Source: a virus | Lineage: Duplodnaviria; Caudoviricetes | Length of the DNA: 58,094 nucleotides | Direction: 5' to 3' (one strand) | Virus record (IMG/VR): IMGVR_UViG_3300030380_000249 | Location: 1-58,094 of that record | In this document: one piece after another, positions 54,188 to 58,094 of the stretch | How the letters are laid out: each line of letters begins with the position of its first letter | Numbering within the stretch: the stretch's first letter is position 1 | Position numbers and translations under genes: made by a program | Notes under the pieces: model-generated | Seen by the model: the letters and a program-made list of their open reading frames with translations, nothing else | Told to the model about the DNA's origin: nothing | Databases searched by the model: none

Positions 54188-54389
54188 TGAACGGTATCTC
54201 AAAGTGGGCGATGTAGTCGAATGGCTTGGTGTGGCGCGTTCAACGATCTACCGGTGGGTAGACGAAGGACATTTCCCCAAACCAGTCGTGCTTGGTCCTG
54301 AGAACGAAAAGAACAGCACAACTCGCTGGCTACGGACAGAGGTAGAGCATTGGCTTGAGTCTCGTCCACGCGACAGAGAAGACGGATGA
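54171..54389 (+). CDS. AlpA-family helix-turn-helix regulator
   Basis: L....V...LGVARSTIYRW...G.FPKPV.LG.....W...EV..WL. Confidence 0.85.
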   Translation: MTYPSDERYLKVGDVVEWLGVARSTIYRWVDEGHFPKPVVLGPENEKNSTTRWLRTEVEHWLESRPRDREDG

Positions 54390-55906
54390 CTGAGGAGACA
54401 CTCATCTTCGGGCCACCAGGGTGCGGTAAAACACACACGATGATTGAGATCGTGCGTCAGGAACTTGCTAACGGCACGCCTCCTGATCGTATCGGATTCG
54501 TGTCTTTCTCTCGCAAGTCCATCCAAGAAGCGAGAGAGCGAGTAAGCACCGCATTACAGCTTACTGAGAAGGATGTGCCGTGGTTCAAGACGCTACATTC
54601 AATCGGCTTCAACTGGTTGGGCATGGACAAGTCCGAGACGATACAATCGCCTGACTTTCACAAGCTGGGTGACATCTTGGGTATGCCCTTTGACCGTAGC
54701 ACTGCACAGGTTATGGAGGAGGGACTGGTGCCGTTGTCCATGAAAGAGGGCAATCGGTATCTGGAGATCATCAACCGAGCCAAGATGCGCTGTGTGAGTC
54801 TTGAGCATGAGTACAATGATCGAGCCGACTATGACTTGCATTGGAGCATGGTCAAGCGCGTGGATCAGATCTACGCAAAGTACAAGTCTGACTTGGGCAA
54901 GTATGACTTTGCGGACATGGTGGATCTGTTTGTTAAGCAAGGCACCGGCCCTGCCTTGGAGATCCTGATTGTTGATGAGGCGCAGGATCTGACACCGCTA
55001 CAGTGGAAGCAAGTTGCCATACTCAAGGAGAGGGCGGCAAAGGTCTGGTACGCAGGGGACGACGATCAGTGCATCCACCGCTGGAACGGCGTGGATTTGC
55101 ATAGCTTCATGAACGCTTGTGACAACAAGGTTATCTTGAACAAAAGCTACCGTGTGCCAGGGGAGGTGTTTGGTCTGGCAAACGAATTGGTTAACCGTAT
55201 TCATGTCAGACAAGAGAAGAACTGGAGTCCGCGTGACGCCGAGGGTTCCGTCAACTTTCACATGAATTGGTACGATGTGAACATTGATGAAGGTTCGTGG
55301 ACAATTATGGCGCGAACCAACAAATCCTTGAATCATATTCACCAAACTTTACGGGACGACGGGTATTTGTTTGAGCGATTTGGTAATTCCATGATCTCGC
55401 TTGAACTACTTGAGGCCATGAACATCTGGGAGCGGTTAGCCAAGGGCGAGACAGCCAGTGTCGGTGAGATCAAGAAGCTCTACGGCTACATGCCAAAGCA
55501 AGGCGACAAGGCGCTGTTGAAGCGTGCAGCGACCAAGACCTTTGACGCGGTGGATCCTCAAGGTTCCCACAACTACGACAATCTGGTGGCAGAGCATGGG
55601 TTGTTGGCACCTCAAGAGATGAGGCCAGAAGTCGTGGTCAATATGTCCCGCGAAGATCGCCGGTACATGGCGGCTGTGCGACGTAGGGGCGAGGATCTAA
55701 CCAAGCCAAGGATCAGTCTGTCTACCATCCACCGCATGAAGGGCGGGGAGGATGACAACGTCCTGTTGCTGACGGACTCGTCATACCCTGCGGTCAACGC
55801 ACCGGATCAGGACGATGAGCACCGCGTCTTCTACACCGCCGTCACTAGGGCAAGGGAGAATCTGCATGTCGTGGATTCGCGGTCACAATACAGGTATTCG
55901 ATATGA
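54386..55906 (+). CDS. UvrD/Rep-like superfamily 1 helicase
   Basis: GPPGCGKT, IVDEAQDL, GDDDQ.I, SYR, STIH..KGGE, YTAVTRA. Confidence 0.92.
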   Translation: MTEETLIFGPPGCGKTHTMIEIVRQELANGTPPDRIGFVSFSRKSIQEARERVSTALQLTEKDVPWFKTLHSIGFNWLGMDKSETIQSPDFHKLGDILGMPFDRSTAQVMEEGLVPLSMKEGNRYLEIINRAKMRCVSLEHEYNDRADYDLHWSMVKRVDQIYAKYKSDLGKYDFADMVDLFVKQGTGPALEILIVDEAQDLTPLQWKQVAILKERAAKVWYAGDDDQCIHRWNGVDLHSFMNACDNKVILNKSYRVPGEVFGLANELVNRIHVRQEKNWSPRDAEGSVNFHMNWYDVNIDEGSWTIMARTNKSLNHIHQTLRDDGYLFERFGNSMISLELLEAMNIWERLAKGETASVGEIKKLYGYMPKQGDKALLKRAATKTFDAVDPQGSHNYDNLVAEHGLLAPQEMRPEVVVNMSREDRRYMAAVRRRGEDLTKPRISLSTIHRMKGGEDDNVLLLTDSSYPAVNAPDQDDEHRVFYTAVTRARENLHVVDSRSQYRYSI

Positions 55907-56265
55907 TTAAGGTTCAAGATTCAAGCATTGAGGGTGTTGGTGTTTTTGCTGATCGCAACATTCTAAAGGATGAAGTGATTGAGGCCTGCTTCTATGTCGT
56001 TATAGACAATGACGATATCAAAGAGGGCAGTCGCCTTGATGATTATCTTTTTCAAAGTCCAGACAATGATGAGGACTACTACTGCGTGCTGGGCGCTGGG
56101 ATGATCTACAACCACGGATCAGATCCAAACGCTGAATGGCAGATATCCGAAACAGATAATAGGTTTCTAGAGTTCGTCGCTTTGCGGGACATAGCCGCAG
56201 GCGAAGAGATTGTTCACCATTACGGCGAGGACTATTGGGACACTCGCGAGGAGGAACAAAAATGA
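55903..56265 (+). CDS. SET-domain protein (putative protein-lysine methyltransferase)
   Basis: S.I.G.GVFA...I...E.IE, YNH.SDPNA and ALRDI.AGEEI...YG motifs. Confidence 0.85.
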   Translation: MIKVQDSSIEGVGVFADRNILKDEVIEACFYVVIDNDDIKEGSRLDDYLFQSPDNDEDYYCVLGAGMIYNHGSDPNAEWQISETDNRFLEFVALRDIAAGEEIVHHYGEDYWDTREEEQK

Positions 56266-56531
56266 AACGTGACAAGCTACTCGACACCGCCAAGGACTTG
56301 GTCAATGGGCCGAGAGCCAGAGATTATGGCGATGCCTACGAGAACCATGAACGCGTGGCGCAACTCTGGTCTGTCATACTAGAGAAAGACGTTACGGTTT
56401 CTCAAGTTTATCAGTGTCTTACGGCGCTAAAACTTGCTAGACTAATTGTTACGCCGACGCATCAGGACTCGTGGATCGACATTGCTGGTTACGCGAGTCT
56501 CGGAGGAGAAGTAGATGGCAAAGGAAAATAG
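56262..56531 (+). CDS. DUF6378-like protein
   Basis: G.R..DYG....N..R.A.LW...K.AR......H.DSW.DIAGYA. Confidence 0.75.
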   Translation: MKRDKLLDTAKDLVNGPRARDYGDAYENHERVAQLWSVILEKDVTVSQVYQCLTALKLARLIVTPTHQDSWIDIAGYASLGGEVDGKGK

Positions 56532-58094
56532 TCAGATCACGTTCCTACATAGGCTGGATCTGGACACCATAGAGAAGGACTGGGTGCCGCCGGAGGTGTT
56601 TCCTGACCTGCGGAACAGCAAGTTCATTGCCATTGACCTTGAGACTAACGATCCGAACCTGATGTCCTTGGGACCAGGGTGGGCGCGTGGTGACGGCTTC
56701 ATCGTAGGTGTAGCGGTAGCGGCTGGTGACTTCGTAGGCTACTACCCTATCGCCCATGAGGGTGGGGGCAACATCCCACAGAACAAGGTCATGAAGTGGT
56801 TGGCTGATCAGCTTGCTACGCCTGACATCCCCAAGGTCATGCACAACGCCACCTATGATGCTGGCTGGCTCCGGTGGGCAGGGGTCAAGATCCAAGGCAC
56901 GATCATCGACACGATGGTAGCGGCGCCACTACTGAACGAGAACAGGTTCAGCTACAGCCTCAACAATCTGGCTAAAGATTATCTAGACGAGCGCAAGGAT
57001 GAGAGAACACTCCGCGCTGCGGCGGCGGACCACGGCTTTGATCCCAAGGGTGAGATGTGGCGGCTCAACTCACGATTCGTGGGGGCGTATGCCGAGAAGG
57101 ATGCAGAGCTGACGCTCAAGCTGTGGAACATGTTGCATGTCGGACTCAAAGAACAGAGTCTTATGGATGTGTTCAATCTGGAGACCTCGCTGTTACCCGT
57201 TCTGTTGGACATGCGTGAGAAGGGCGTGAAGGTAAACATCGACGGTGCCGAGGCGGCAAAGAAAAAGCTGATTGGTCTCAAGAAGGATCTGGTTGCAGAC
57301 ATTAAACATGAAACAGGCGTGAGCGTAGAACCGTGGGTAGCCAAGAGCGTGGCGTCCGTCTTCGATCACCACAATCTGTACTATGAGAGAACAGAGAACA
57401 ACGGACAGCCATCCTTTACCAAGGCATTCCTGCAAGCCTGTTCGCATCCAGTCGCGGCAAAGATACTTAGGCTTCGTGAACTAGATAAGGCCAGTAATAC
57501 ATTTATTGATAACATTCTGAAGTTTGCCCACAAGGGGCGCATTCACTGCGAGTTTCATCAGCTACGGTCTGACGATGGCGGCACTGTCACTGGGCGGTTC
57601 TCCTCAAGCAACCCCAATCTTCAACAGATTCCGGCGCGGGATCCAGAGATTAAGGCCATGATCCGTGGTCTGTTCATCCCTGACGACGACTGCAAGTGGG
57701 GCAGCTTTGACTACTCAAGCCAAGAGCCAAGGCTCCTTGTCCACTACTGTGCAAGCATGGGCGCTAAGTACAAGAGTCCAATGATCGACAGCGTCGTGGA
57801 CGAGTATCACAAGGGCGATGCCGACTTCCACCAGATGGTGGCCGACATGGCGAACATCAGTCGCAAGCAGGCCAAGACCGTAAATTTGGGCATCATGTAT
57901 GGCATGGGTGTAGGCAAGCTGTCTCACACCATGGACATATCCAAGGACGAGGCCAAGGCACTGTTGGCACAGTACCACGAGAAGGTGCCGTTTGTGAAAG
58001 GCTTGGCGGATCTGGTGTCGGCACAAGCAAGTGCTCACGGCAAGATCCGCACCATGTCAGGGCGTCTGTGCCGGTTTGACATGTGGGAGCCAAA
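56515..58094 (+). CDS. polA: DNA polymerase family A with 3'-5' exonuclease, N-terminal part (runs off the window end; absent from ORF track)
   Basis: Hand translation MAKENSQITF...IAIDLET (ExoI), HNATYD (ExoII), YAEKDA (ExoIII), TGRFSS.NPNLQQIP, DYSSQEPR (motif A), RKQAKTVNLGIMYG (motif B). GGAGG SD. Confidence 0.95.
   Translation, partial: MAKENSQITFLHRLDLDTIEKDWVPPEVFPDLRNSKFIAIDLETNDPNLMSLGPGWARGDGFIVGVAVAAGDFVGYYPIAHEGGGNIPQNKVMKWLADQLATPDIPKVMHNATYDAGWLRWAGVKIQGTIIDTMVAAPLLNENRFSYSLNNLAKDYLDERKDERTLRAAAADHGFDPKGEMWRLNSRFVGAYAEKDAELTLKLWNMLHVGLKEQSLMDVFNLETSLLPVLLDMREKGVKVNIDGAEAAKKKLIGLKKDLVADIKHETGVSVEPWVAKSVASVFDHHNLYYERTENNGQPSFTKAFLQACSHPVAAKILRLRELDKASNTFIDNILKFAHKGRIHCEFHQLRSDDGGTVTGRFSSSNPNLQQIPARDPEIKAMIRGLFIPDDDCKWGSFDYSSQEPRLLVHYCASMGAKYKSPMIDSVVDEYHKGDADFHQMVADMANISRKQAKTVNLGIMYGMGVGKLSHTMDISKDEAKALLAQYHEKVPFVKGLADLVSAQASAHGKIRTMSGRLCRFDMWEP

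Noticed and set aside
54171-54389. Excisionase/prophage evidence
   Set aside because: No integrase, att-like host junction or bacterial flanking genes. AlpA alone is insufficient.

Overview
The window is an essentially complete ~58 kb tailed dsDNA phage genome. The family A DNA polymerase gene is cut at the window edge (56515-end, continuing at 1-343) and the two ends overlap, so the assembly is circular or circularly permuted. Gene content and order suggest a marine podovirus-like phage of Alphaproteobacteria, reminiscent of HTVC023P-type/roseophage groups (inference from recall, no database search). Layout: (i) a minus-strand late arm, 37696 to 340: HlyC-like acyltransferase, TerL, portal, holin-like gene, GroES, scaffold, major capsid protein, small basic peptides, adaptors/tail, a modular tail-fibre array, internal virion proteins, endolysin; (ii) a plus-strand early region, 38071-41526, with repeated promoter/leader modules; (iii) TerS and a resolvase-like nuclease; (iv) a middle region with a C5 DNA methyltransferase; (v) a minus-strand cassette of YhhQ, QueF-like, DpdA-like, Mom-like and PAPS-reductase-like genes, preceded by a SNF2 helicase; (vi) a replication module with SSB, primase, AlpA, UvrD, a SET-domain protein and PolA. 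Standout observations: a non-structural gene carries a 17-aa exact copy of the capsid N-terminus with 12 of 17 codons synonymously recoded (candidate capsid mimic/decoy); hairpins display an anti-Shine-Dalgarno CCUCCA loop complementary to the repeated early-gene leader; there is a salvage-only deazaguanine DNA-modification cassette; and a canonical G-quadruplex motif sits at the early/late divergence. No tRNA, CRISPR array, integrase or RNA polymerase was recognised. All product calls come from motif recognition.
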